DNA of 24,000 bases from Pelosinus sp. UFO1. GTDB lineage: Bacteria; Bacillota; Negativicutes; DSM-13327. Below are positions 16,538 through 24,000 of this stretch, piece by piece. The position numbers were made by a program, and so were the translations under genes. Below the pieces are notes generated by a model. That model was not told where the DNA came from, ran no database searches, and saw only the letters and a program-made list of their open reading frames with translations. The number at the start of each line of letters is the position of its first letter. Position 1 is the first letter of the stretch. Location: the NCBI RefSeq assembly GCF_000725345.1, contig NZ_CP008852.1:1183693-1207692 (forward strand), written 5' to 3'.

Positions 16538-19500
16538 ATGGCAAGAAAAATGCAAACTATGGATGGCAATACGGCTGCAGCTCACATTTCCTATGCCTTT
16601 ACTGACGTAGCGGCCATTTATCCTATTACCCCGTCAACAAATATGGCAGAGCATGCTGATGAGTGGGCCGCTCAAGGTCGGACTAATATTTTTGGTCAAA
16701 CTGTGAAAATTGTGGAGATGCAATCAGAAGCAGGTGCAGCTGGAGCCGTACACGGCTCCTTGCATGCAGGGGCGTTAACAACCACATATACTGCTTCTCA
16801 GGGCCTGCTGCTTATGATTCCTAACATGTATAAAATTGCTGGTGAACTTTTGCCAGCTGTGTTCCATGTCAGTGCCAGAGCTTTGGGTGCGAATGCACTT
16901 AGCATCTTTGGTGATCATCAAGATGTTATGGCGACTAGACAGACTGGATTTGCTTTGCTTGCTGAAAGTAGTGTACAGCAAGTTATGGATTTGGCAGCAG
17001 TAGCTCATCTGTCAGCAATTAAAGGGCGCGTTCCTTTTCTTAATTTTTTTGACGGGTTCCGGACGTCTCATGAAGTGCAAAAAATCGAAGTTCTTGAATA
17101 TGATGAGTTGGCTCAGCTAGTAGATCAGAAAGCAATCGATGGATTTAGAAGAAAAGCGCTGAATCCTGATCATCCAGTTATAAAAGGGACAGTGCAAAAC
17201 TCTGACATCTACTTTCAACAAAGAGAAGTCTCCAATCGGTATTATCAAGCTCTTCCTGAAATTGTCGAGGAATACATGGCCCAAATCAATAAACTGACTG
17301 GCAGAGAGTATCATCTTTTCAATTATCATGGTGCTGCGGATGCCGATAGAATGATCATAGCCATGGGTTCAGTATGTGAAGCCATTGAAGAAACAGTTGA
17401 CTATTTGAATGCTAATGGAGAAAAAGTTGGTCTATTGACGGTGCATCTATACAGGCCTTTTTCCCTAGATCATTTCTTCAAGTACATTCCTAAAACAGTA
17501 AAAAGGATTGCTGTTTTGGACAGAACGAAAGAGCTAGGGGCATTTGCTGAACCCCTTTATTTGGATGTAAAAGCAGTATTTAGTGGTAGAGAATGGCAAC
17601 CGACTATCGTTGGCGGTAGATGCGGTGTGGGTGGCAAAGACGTAACTCCTAGTCATGTTCACGGTATTTTTGAAAATCTAAAGCAGCACCAACCAAAAGA
17701 TAACTTCACCGTTGGGATTGAAGATGATGTAACCTATACCTCTCTGCCTCTCGGAGAAGATATTGATACTACAGCAGCTGGAACGACTGCTTGTAAGTTC
17801 TGGGGGCTTGGTTCAGATGGGACGGTTGGCGCCAACAAGAGTGCTATCACCATTATTGGTGATCATACTGACATGTATGCGCAAGCGTATTTTGCTTATG
17901 ATTCTAAAAAATCTGGTGGTGTTACCATTTCCCATTTGCGGTTTGGTAAAAGTCCAATAAAATCACCTTATCTAATCAATAAGGCTAACTTTATTGCGTG
18001 TCACAACCAATCCTATGTAGATAAATATAACGTATTGGAAGGTCTAAAACAGGGCGGGAATTTCCTCTTAAACTGTAATTGGACGGAGCAGGAGTTAGAT
18101 ATGAATTTACCTGCTGCAATGAAACGTTATATGTTCAAAAATAATATTAATTTTTATACCATTGATGCCGTTCGCATTGCCCAAGAAATTGGTCTAGGCG
18201 GCCGAATCAATATGATAATGCAAGCTGCTTTTTTCAAAATTGCGGATATTATTCCTGTTGAAGATGCGGTTACACACCTGAAAAGAGCGGTAGTAAAGTC
18301 ATATGGCAACAAGGGTGAAATGGTTGTAAATATGAACAATGCTGCCATCGACAAGGGTGTGCAGGCCATTGTAAAAATAACGATTCCTGCTTCTTGGGAA
18401 AATACGCAAGATAAAAGAAGTACAGAGGATAAAGTGCCAGCTTTCATTAAAAATATTTTAGTTCCTATGAACAGGCAAGAAGGCGACCAATTACCTGTAA
18501 GTGCTTTTGTTGGCATGGAAGATGGTACCTTTCCTATGGGGACTGCAGCATATGAAAAACGTGGTATTGCCATTAATATTCCCTGCTGGTTACCAGAACA
18601 CTGTATTCAGTGTAATCAGTGCTCCTATGTATGTCCCCATGCTGCCATTAGACCTATATTAATCAATGAGGAAGAAATGGAAAAAGCTCCTTCTGGTTTC
18701 CTGAGTAAAGCCGCTAGTGGTGTGAAAGGGTTGAATTTCCGCATTGCCATTTCGGCTTATGATTGTACAGGGTGCGGCAACTGTGCCCAGGTTTGTCCAT
18801 CCAAAGAAAAATCTTTAGAAATGAAACCGCTTGAAACTCAGCTCGAACAAGCTGTTTTATGGAATTATGCGCTAGCTATATCACCAAAAGTAAATCCTTT
18901 AAATCCACTCACTGTAAAAGGCAGTCAATTTGAACAACCCCTACTTGAATTCTCTGGTGCTTGTGCAGGTTGTGGTGAAACTCCCTATGCAAAACTCGTC
19001 ACTCAATTGTTTGGGGACAGGATGATGGTTGCTAATGCTACTGGTTGTTCTTCCGTTTGGGGCGCTAGTGCACCATCGATGCCTTATACCAAGAATCATC
19101 GGGGGCATGGACCAGCTTGGGGTAATTCCCTATTTGAAGATAATGCTGAGTATGGATTAGGTATGCTGCTTGGTGTAAAACAACTCAGAGAAAAATTATC
19201 TCGGGATATCAGAGTAGCAGCTGAATTGAGTGAGGACTCTGAATTTAAAATGGCCTGTGAGGACTGGTTGTTGAATAAAGATCAGGGTGATGCTACCCGT
19301 GATAGAGCCGATAAACTCATCGCTCTACTAGAAAAGAATAAAGAGAATGATCCTTTGCTCAATGAAATTTACAAGAATAAAGATTTTATGGTAAAGAGAT
19401 CTCAATGGATTTTTGGTGGTGATGGTTGGGCTTATGACATTGGCTTTGGTGGACTGGATCATGTACTGGCATCTGGCCAAGATGTGAATGTGCTTGTATT

Positions 19501-20083
19501 TGATACCGAAGTATATTCTAATACAGGTGGTCAGTCTTCCAAGTCCACTCCAACCGCGGCAATTGCAAAACTAGCCGCTAGTGGTAAACGAACCAAGAAA
19601 AAAGATCTTGGAATGATTGCGATGAGTTATGGGAATGTCTATGTAGCACAAATTGCAATGGGCGCTGATAAAAATCAAACTCTTAAGGCTATCGCAGAGG
19701 CAGAAGCCTACCCGGGGCCATCTTTAATTATCGCTTACGCCCCTTGTATTAACCATGGTTTAAAGGTAGGTATGGGTTGCAGTCATTTGGAAGCTAAGCG
19801 GGCCGTAGATAGTGGTTACTGGTCACTATATCGGTACAATCCTCAACTGATAGATACTGACAAAACGGCATTTGCATTGGATTCCAAAGAACCAACAATG
19901 AGTTTTCAGGAATTCCTTATGGGGGAAGTGCGTTATTCCTCACTAAAGAAACAGTTTCCTGAGTTAGCTGGGAATTTATTCAATGAGGCCGAACAAGAAG
20001 CAGCAAATAGACTGAAAGGTTATAGACGGCTAGCTGGTCAATATGCTGCAGTCATCCAGGAAGTTGCTGCGACTAAAGAGTAA
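16538..20083 (+). CDS. nifJ: Pyruvate (2-oxoacid):ferredoxin/flavodoxin oxidoreductase, single-polypeptide NifJ/PFOR type
   Basis: 1181 aa. N-terminal ...AYPITPST.... Two ferredoxin-like 4Fe-4S motifs (...CIQCNQCSYVCP..., ...CTGCGNCAQVCP...). TPP-binding motif ...GGDGWAYDIGFGGLDH.... SD GGAGG 10 nt upstream. The gap from the permease gene is 31 nt with no terminator. Confidence 0.95.
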   Translation: MARKMQTMDGNTAAAHISYAFTDVAAIYPITPSTNMAEHADEWAAQGRTNIFGQTVKIVEMQSEAGAAGAVHGSLHAGALTTTYTASQGLLLMIPNMYKIAGELLPAVFHVSARALGANALSIFGDHQDVMATRQTGFALLAESSVQQVMDLAAVAHLSAIKGRVPFLNFFDGFRTSHEVQKIEVLEYDELAQLVDQKAIDGFRRKALNPDHPVIKGTVQNSDIYFQQREVSNRYYQALPEIVEEYMAQINKLTGREYHLFNYHGAADADRMIIAMGSVCEAIEETVDYLNANGEKVGLLTVHLYRPFSLDHFFKYIPKTVKRIAVLDRTKELGAFAEPLYLDVKAVFSGREWQPTIVGGRCGVGGKDVTPSHVHGIFENLKQHQPKDNFTVGIEDDVTYTSLPLGEDIDTTAAGTTACKFWGLGSDGTVGANKSAITIIGDHTDMYAQAYFAYDSKKSGGVTISHLRFGKSPIKSPYLINKANFIACHNQSYVDKYNVLEGLKQGGNFLLNCNWTEQELDMNLPAAMKRYMFKNNINFYTIDAVRIAQEIGLGGRINMIMQAAFFKIADIIPVEDAVTHLKRAVVKSYGNKGEMVVNMNNAAIDKGVQAIVKITIPASWENTQDKRSTEDKVPAFIKNILVPMNRQEGDQLPVSAFVGMEDGTFPMGTAAYEKRGIAINIPCWLPEHCIQCNQCSYVCPHAAIRPILINEEEMEKAPSGFLSKAASGVKGLNFRIAISAYDCTGCGNCAQVCPSKEKSLEMKPLETQLEQAVLWNYALAISPKVNPLNPLTVKGSQFEQPLLEFSGACAGCGETPYAKLVTQLFGDRMMVANATGCSSVWGASAPSMPYTKNHRGHGPAWGNSLFEDNAEYGLGMLLGVKQLREKLSRDIRVAAELSEDSEFKMACEDWLLNKDQGDATRDRADKLIALLEKNKENDPLLNEIYKNKDFMVKRSQWIFGGDGWAYDIGFGGLDHVLASGQDVNVLVFDTEVYSNTGGQSSKSTPTAAIAKLAASGKRTKKKDLGMIAMSYGNVYVAQIAMGADKNQTLKAIAEAEAYPGPSLIIAYAPCINHGLKVGMGCSHLEAKRAVDSGYWSLYRYNPQLIDTDKTAFALDSKEPTMSFQEFLMGEVRYSSLKKQFPELAGNLFNEAEQEAANRLKGYRRLAGQYAAVIQEVAATKE

Positions 20084-20087
20084 AAAT

Positions 20088-20132
20088 AAAGAGCTAGGGC
20101 TATCTCAATATCTGAAATAGCCCTAGCTCTTT
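20088..20132. terminator. Bidirectional Rho-independent terminator between convergent nifJ and merR-family genes
   Basis: Perfect 16-bp stem: AAAGAGCTAGGGCTAT (20088-20103) and ATAGCCCTAGCTCTTT (20117-20132), with a 13-nt loop. It is flanked by A-rich sequence 5' and T's 3', so it works in both orientations. Confidence 0.85.
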
Positions 20133-20143
20133 ACTACAATTAA

Positions 20144-20500
20144 TTATTTTAGTTTATCTTTGTAGAACTTAATTTTCTCATTCAGATTTTGAAGGTTGTT
20201 TTCCCATTTCGCCTTTTCCTTTATCACAGCTACTTTATGTTTTTCTAGTATTTCTAATCGTTGCTGTGTTGTGTAATCTCCTTGATATCGTAATAAAGAG
20301 TATTCTCTAATCTCTTTAATCGACATCCCAGTTTCTTTCAGTTTTTGAATAAATAGAATCCAATCGACATCCTGAGGGGTATAAAATCGTCTTCCTGCTG
20401 AATCACGGCTGACAACAAGTAATTGTTCTTTTTCATAATAGCGTAATGTATAAGAACTTATATTAGTTATATCTGAAAATTGTCCTATTGAATACTTCAT
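20144..20500 (-). CDS. MerR-family transcriptional regulator
   Basis: 118 aa. N-terminal MerR HTH (...YSIGQFSDITNISSYTLRYYEKEQLL...RFYTPQDVDWILFIQKLKETGMSIKEI...) followed by a coiled-coil dimerisation helix. The sequence contains no cysteine. Confidence 0.9.
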   Translation of the reverse strand: MKYSIGQFSDITNISSYTLRYYEKEQLLVVSRDSAGRRFYTPQDVDWILFIQKLKETGMSIKEIREYSLLRYQGDYTTQQRLEILEKHKVAVIKEKAKWENNLQNLNEKIKFYKDKLK

Positions 20501-20512
20501 TTTTATTTCCTC

Positions 20513-20543
20513 TTGACTTAGAGTTAACTCTAAGAGTTACAAT
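20513..20543 (+). promoter_or_regulatory. MerR-type promoter with 19-bp spacer and an 18-bp perfect palindromic operator, driving the CMD-family gene
   Basis: TTGACT (20513-20518), a 19-nt spacer, then TACAAT (20538-20543). The spacer and -35 overlap the perfect palindrome CTTAGAGTTAACTCTAAG (20517-20534). A - strand TATAAT (20552-20547) could serve the divergent merR gene. Confidence 0.8.
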
Positions 20544-20574
20544 TCAATTATAACAAATGCAGGAGGTAAGAACA

Positions 20575-20973
20575 ATGGATTTAAATCGTTTTGAAAAAGG
20601 ATTGAAAAAACTATCAGAGGTGGATGGTACTGCTGGTGAACATGTTATTGAGGCCCTTAAGGATATTGCGCCTGATTTAGGGAAGTACATTGTTGAGTTT
20701 GCTTTTGGTGATATATACTGTAGGGAAAATTTGAACTTACAAGAGCGAGAGATGATAACGTTAGCAAGTTTAATGACGCAAGGGGGCTGTGAAAATCAGT
20801 TAGAGGTACATATAAATGGAGCGTTAAATGTAGGGATTACACCACAGAAGGTAATTGAAGTCTTCCTTCAATGTATTCCTTATACGGGATTCCCAAGAGT
20901 TTTAAATGCTGTTGGGGTTGCTGCAAGAGTTTTTAAATCACGCAATGTAAGTGTTAAAGAGGCTGCTATATAG
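20575..20973 (+). CDS. Carboxymuconolactone decarboxylase (CMD/AhpD-like) family protein
   Basis: CMD-family pattern ...IVEFAFGDIY.R..L.L.EREMITLASL.T.G....L..HI.GALN.G.T..Q..EV..Q...Y.GFP.... The track start ATG 20557 precedes the SD. ATG 20575 lies 8 nt after AGGAGG (20561-20566), giving 132 aa. Confidence 0.8.
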   Translation: MDLNRFEKGLKKLSEVDGTAGEHVIEALKDIAPDLGKYIVEFAFGDIYCRENLNLQEREMITLASLMTQGGCENQLEVHINGALNVGITPQKVIEVFLQCIPYTGFPRVLNAVGVAARVFKSRNVSVKEAAI

Positions 20974-21006
20974 GATATTTCAATCCCAGCGCCATTCTTT
21001 GAGACA

Positions 21007-21065
21007 ATGAAGTTGCTTTTCATAAGTTCTGGCGACAGAATAATGTGAAAAGCAACTTCATTTTT
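21007..21065 (+). terminator. Rho-independent terminator after the CMD-family gene
   Basis: Perfect 16-bp stem: ATGAAGTTGCTTTTCA (21007-21022) and TGAAAAGCAACTTCAT (21046-21061), with a 23-nt loop. TTTT follows. Confidence 0.7.
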
Positions 21066-21167
21066 AATATGATACGCTTTATGGTATGCATTTTTCTTTT
21101 AACTGGAATGATAATATCATAAGGGAGTCCAAAATATATCCTCGCAATAAAGGAAGGAGTGTTTACT

Positions 21168-21548
21168 ATGGAAAAAGAACAAACTATTATTTCATACTTT
21201 TTTACTGAAAAGAAAGTAAAAGAAGCGAAACAGGCATTAGCTTGTGTTGGTTTAGAAGACGTCCATATTCGAAAAGTAAGCCGCTTTGGTATAACTAACG
21301 ATAGAACCCAAGATAATCCCATATCTCGAGCGGAGACTCTTACTGGTCTAACACTTTTTTCAGCGAATACTTCAAAAGAGGAAAACGCATCGACAAGGGT
21401 TTTGCTCGGAGCAGATCCTTCGGTTAGTGGTATTAGTACTAGTGGCAATCAAATGCCTGGCCCAGTTTTCTCGCTAACTGCATTTGTTTCAGAAGAACGG
21501 GTCGATGAAGCAGTAGGAATACTTAAACAAAAGGGCGGGCAAGTATAA
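21168..21548 (+). CDS. Hypothetical protein (126 aa); family not recognised with confidence
   Basis: The ORF has SD GGAAGGAG 8 nt upstream of ATG 21168; the track start GTG 21159 overlaps the SD. Small alpha/beta-looking termini flank an S/T/G/N-rich linker. It is preferred over the antisense 142-aa ORF, which runs across the upstream terminator and has an implausible composition. Confidence 0.55.
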   Translation: MEKEQTIISYFFTEKKVKEAKQALACVGLEDVHIRKVSRFGITNDRTQDNPISRAETLTGLTLFSANTSKEENASTRVLLGADPSVSGISTSGNQMPGPVFSLTAFVSEERVDEAVGILKQKGGQV

Positions 21549-21587
21549 AAACAAAAGAGTAAATGGTAAGTAAAGATTAGATGTTTT

Positions 21588-22217
21588 TTATTTTTCTGCA
21601 GTTAATAATTTGACCCCGAGTCCCAGATAAATGGTTCCACAAACTTTATTGGTAATAAAAGCGGTCTTCTCATTTTCTCTTAAATACGCGCTCATGCGCG
21701 AGGAAAATAGAACTAACAGCAAACACCAAGTTGTTCCAGTAATTATAAAAGTTATGCCAAGACAAAGAAAGGGGAGCAATCCATATGTATTGGATGGAGC
21801 AATAAACTGGGGTAAAAATGATAGAAAGAAAAGGGCCACTTTTGGGTTTAAAACATTTGTTATTAGCCCTTGAAAGTAGATATTCCTTGGCGTCATATGG
21901 GTAGTATCTGTTAATGATATCAATTTATTTTCTTTTGCAAGTAAGGTAGTTAATCCCAAATAGCCAAGATACATTGCACCAATCATTTTCACAGCTGCAA
22001 AAGCAGTCGCAGATGTTGATAAAATAGCAGATAATCCTAATGCTGCCATTATAGTATGAATGGCAACTCCAGAAATAATACCAAAAACGGAGTAGATTCC
22101 TCCTCTCTTACCTTGTGCGACACTTCGACTAAGTATATAAATAGTGTCAGATCCAGGTGTTATGTTTAAAACGATACCAGCCAATAAAAACATTTCATAA
22201 TTTTGAATACCTAACAC
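21588..22217 (-). CDS. LysE/RhtB-family amino-acid exporter
   Basis: The N-terminal ...FLLAGIVLNITPGSDTIYILSRSVAQGKRGG... is the LysE-family signature, and there are about 6 TM segments. The track start TTG 22235 and the following ATG overlap or abut the SD AAAGGAGG. GTG 22217, 6 nt after the SD, is the likely start. Confidence 0.8.
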   Translation of the reverse strand: MLGIQNYEMFLLAGIVLNITPGSDTIYILSRSVAQGKRGGIYSVFGIISGVAIHTIMAALGLSAILSTSATAFAAVKMIGAMYLGYLGLTTLLAKENKLISLTDTTHMTPRNIYFQGLITNVLNPKVALFFLSFLPQFIAPSNTYGLLPFLCLGITFIITGTTWCLLLVLFSSRMSAYLRENEKTAFITNKVCGTIYLGLGVKLLTAEK

Positions 22218-22289
22218 ATTCATCCTCCTTTTCAATTTTTCTCTATATATTATAAGTCTTGGAAGGAAATAAGTCCCCTAATCGATAAA

Positions 22290-22985
22290 TTAAAAGTTAA
22301 CAAGCCAAGGAATATAAAATGGAGCGATGAAAGAGATAAATATGGCAGCAACCGCCATGGCTACTCCTGCCATGGCTCCTTGCAGAGCTCCTTCTTGAAG
22401 AATGGTAGCTGTACCTTGGCCATGAGAAGTAACCCCCATAGCTAATCCCCTAGCAATGGGGTTCTTTATTTTGCAAAAAGAGAGAACACCGGGGCCAATG
22501 ATGGAACCTAGTGTGCCTGTGAAAACAACAAAGGCGACAGCAATAGCCGGGTCACCGCCGGTAAGTAGAGAAATTTCAATGGCAATAGGGGCAGTAATCG
22601 ACTTAGGCGCAATGGAAGCAGTGATCAGGGAGTCAAGTCCGCTGATTTTTGCTAATAAGACAGCCGTTGTTAAGGTTGACAAAGCACCGAAGCTAATTCC
22701 TACTAATATGGGTAATAAGTTCTGGCGTAACACGTTTCGATTTAGATAGAGAGGGAGCGCTAATGCTACGGTAGCAGGGCCAAGTAAAAAAGTCATAACA
22801 TCTTTACCAGGCTTGTATTGTTCAAAGGTTATGCCTGTATAGTGAAAGACCATAATAATAACTGCCGTACTAAGGAGTACAGGATTGTATAAAGGATTTT
22901 TAGTTTTCAAAAATAGTTTTCGACTAATGATATATAATGATATAGTAAGGATAATAGTAAAAGTTATTAATAATGTGGTGGGCAA
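22290..22985 (-). CDS. lrgB: LrgB/CidB-family membrane protein
   Basis: 231 aa polytopic protein with ...LLGPATVALALPLY... and ...SITAPIA.E... motifs typical of LrgB. TTG start 1 nt after the lrgA stop, with AGGAGG 11 nt upstream. Confidence 0.85.
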   Translation of the reverse strand: MPTTLLITFTIILTISLYIISRKLFLKTKNPLYNPVLLSTAVIIMVFHYTGITFEQYKPGKDVMTFLLGPATVALALPLYLNRNVLRQNLLPILVGISFGALSTLTTAVLLAKISGLDSLITASIAPKSITAPIAIEISLLTGGDPAIAVAFVVFTGTLGSIIGPGVLSFCKIKNPIARGLAMGVTSHGQGTATILQEGALQGAMAGVAMAVAAIFISFIAPFYIPWLVNF

Positions 22986-22986
22986 G

Positions 22987-23364
22987 TTAGTTTGCGCCTC
23001 CTTTTCTTTCGAGATATTTTGTAAGAAACTGAACGATTCCTCCTGTTGCTAGTAAGGCGACGAAAGCACTAATGACTAAAGGCAAAAAGAGAAGATGTCC
23101 TTTCTGGGTAAATAACTCTCCCCAGTCCATGAGTCCTACAGCGATGGGTATAAAGAAAAAAGATAAGTGTTTAAGTAGTGGATTGGCACCGAGAGAGAGC
23201 CATTGCTCCTTAATAATGCCAGCAGATAATAAGGCAAATAGGAGAAGCATACCTAACACACTGCCTGGTAAGGGCAAGTGTAAAATTTCGACGGTCCATG
23301 TACTGACATAATAAATAAGCCATAGTAAAAATATTTGTCCTAATGTTTTCAGAGCGTTTTGCAA
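22987..23364 (-). CDS. lrgA: LrgA/CidA-family holin-like membrane protein
   Basis: 125 aa with four hydrophobic segments. ...LPLPGSVLGMLLLFALL... is typical of CidA/LrgA. TTG start with GAGGTGA 6 nt upstream. Confidence 0.85.
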   Translation of the reverse strand: MQNALKTLGQIFLLWLIYYVSTWTVEILHLPLPGSVLGMLLLFALLSAGIIKEQWLSLGANPLLKHLSFFFIPIAVGLMDWGELFTQKGHLLFLPLVISAFVALLATGGIVQFLTKYLERKGGAN

Positions 23365-23476
23365 TGTTTATCACCTCGTTTAATATGATGTGGTAAAAGT
23401 AACCTTAGTATATACATAATAGCAGTAAATAGTATATAATGCTTCAAGAAATACTTTTTTATTGAGGTGGGATAAG

Positions 23477-24000
23477 TTGGAACAAGTGGTTGTATTCTTT
23501 CAAAATTTTGGCGCAGCAGGGCTCTTTATTATTTCTTTTGTTGAGTCTATTTTTTCGCCGATATTGCCAGATCTTTTATTGATTCCTATGGCTTTATCAG
23601 CACCGGAAAAAGCCATATATTATTCTGTGATTGCTACAACAGGGTCTGTATTAGGCGGTATTATCGGTTACTTCGTTGGCAATAAGTATGGAATCATTGC
23701 GGTAAAAAAGTTTGTACCTGACAAATATGTTGTTAAAATAACCGGTTGGCTCGATCATTATGGTGGATGGGCTATTTTTCTTGCTGCCCTTGCACCAATT
23801 CCTTATAAATTTGTTAGTATCAGTTCAGGTGTTTTTCGTATTAATATGGTAGTTTTCTTAGTGGCTTCCATATTTGGCCGAGGAAAACGATTTTTGTTGG
23901 AAGGCATTCTGATTTTTTATTATGGCCCTAAAGCATTGGAATTAATAAAAACGTATTCCAACACTTTTTTGATTGGACTTGCTATCTTTATTGGCCTTCT
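23477..24000 (+). CDS. YqaA/DedA-family (SNARE-associated domain) membrane protein; partial, runs off the window
   Basis: Not in the ORF track because no stop falls in the window. My translation from TTG 23477 (SD GAGGTGG 6 nt upstream) is LEQVVVFFQNFGAAGLFIISFVESIFSPILPDLLLIPMAL...GGWAIFLAALAPIPYKFVSISSGVF...GRGKRFLLEGILIFYYG.... It has no stop through 24000 and matches the YqaA/DedA pattern. Confidence 0.75.
   Translation, partial: MEQVVVFFQNFGAAGLFIISFVESIFSPILPDLLLIPMALSAPEKAIYYSVIATTGSVLGGIIGYFVGNKYGIIAVKKFVPDKYVVKITGWLDHYGGWAIFLAALAPIPYKFVSISSGVFRINMVVFLVASIFGRGKRFLLEGILIFYYGPKALELIKTYSNTFLIGLAIFIGL

Noticed and set aside
21020-21448. 142-aa ORF on the - strand opposite the hypothetical protein gene.
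   Set aside because: Its 3' part runs through the perfect 16-bp terminator hairpin (21007-21061). It has no SD, and the sequence looks like antisense noise. The + strand ORF has a strong SD at ideal spacing.
150-23311. About 30 track ORFs of 60-140 aa lying antisense to, or out of frame within, the long assigned genes. Examples: 150-455(+), 1086-1274(-), 1872-2072(-), 2222-2494(-), 2487-2681(-), 3103-3514(-), 3991-4603(-), 6239-6613(-), 8477-8839(-), 18154-18573(-), 21631-21873(+), 22456-22749(+), 23072-23311(+).
   Set aside because: Each is fully embedded in a gene with strong family motifs. They lack SD sequences, and their compositions are typical of shadow ORFs (Ser/Leu/Ile/Phe/Cys-rich, no recognisable motif).
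1-24000. Looked for CRISPR repeats, IS/transposase or integrase genes, terminal inverted repeats, tRNA/rRNA genes, and defence-system hallmarks such as nucleases, helicases, reverse transcriptases and toxin-antitoxin pairs.
   Set aside because: No regularly spaced repeats, no ORF with transposase, recombinase, nuclease or RT motifs, and no cloverleaf-like or rRNA-like sequence recognised by eye. Every large ORF has an ordinary metabolic, transport or regulatory assignment. A tRNAscan/Infernal/CRISPR-finder run would be needed for formal exclusion.

Overview
AT-rich, low-GC Gram-positive (Firmicutes-like, probably anaerobic) chromosomal segment. It is made of metabolic, transport and regulatory genes, nearly all on the + strand from 1.1 to 20.1 kb. 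I recognised no rRNA, tRNA, CRISPR array, transposase, integrase, phage gene or known defence gene. Modules from left to right. (1) A DeoR regulator sits divergent from a transaldolase-family gene. That gene is followed by the 3' remnant of a ribose-type ABC permease and an intact, now orphan, sugar-binding lipoprotein. (2) A seven-gene putative operon: M20 dipeptidase, PRD/EIIB/EIIA-containing activator, fructose-family PTS EIIA, EIIB and EIIC, M24 Xaa-Pro peptidase, and a PatB/MalY C-S lyase. It has a structured leader and a perfect 18-bp internal hairpin. (3) A monocistronic radical SAM gene with a SPASM/Twitch-like C-terminus, its own consensus promoter and a terminator. (4) A YheO-like regulator followed by threonine ammonia-lyase, an APC amino-acid permease and an 1181-aa pyruvate:ferredoxin oxidoreductase. 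I read this as a Thr/Ser catabolic unit. (5) A MerR regulator divergent from a carboxymuconolactone-decarboxylase-family gene, with a textbook 19-bp-spacer MerR promoter. (6) A small hypothetical protein, a LysE-family exporter, lrgA-lrgB and a partial YqaA/DedA-family gene. The most interesting item is the association of a PTS with two peptidases and a C-S lyase and no sugar-phosphate catabolic enzyme. This recalls the cryptic E. coli frv/fry-ypdEF and malX-malY loci, and its substrate is unknown. I do not see an obvious novel defence or mobile system. Several ORF-track starts look over-extended and are corrected in the feature list. All functional calls come from motif recognition by eye; no database search was run.
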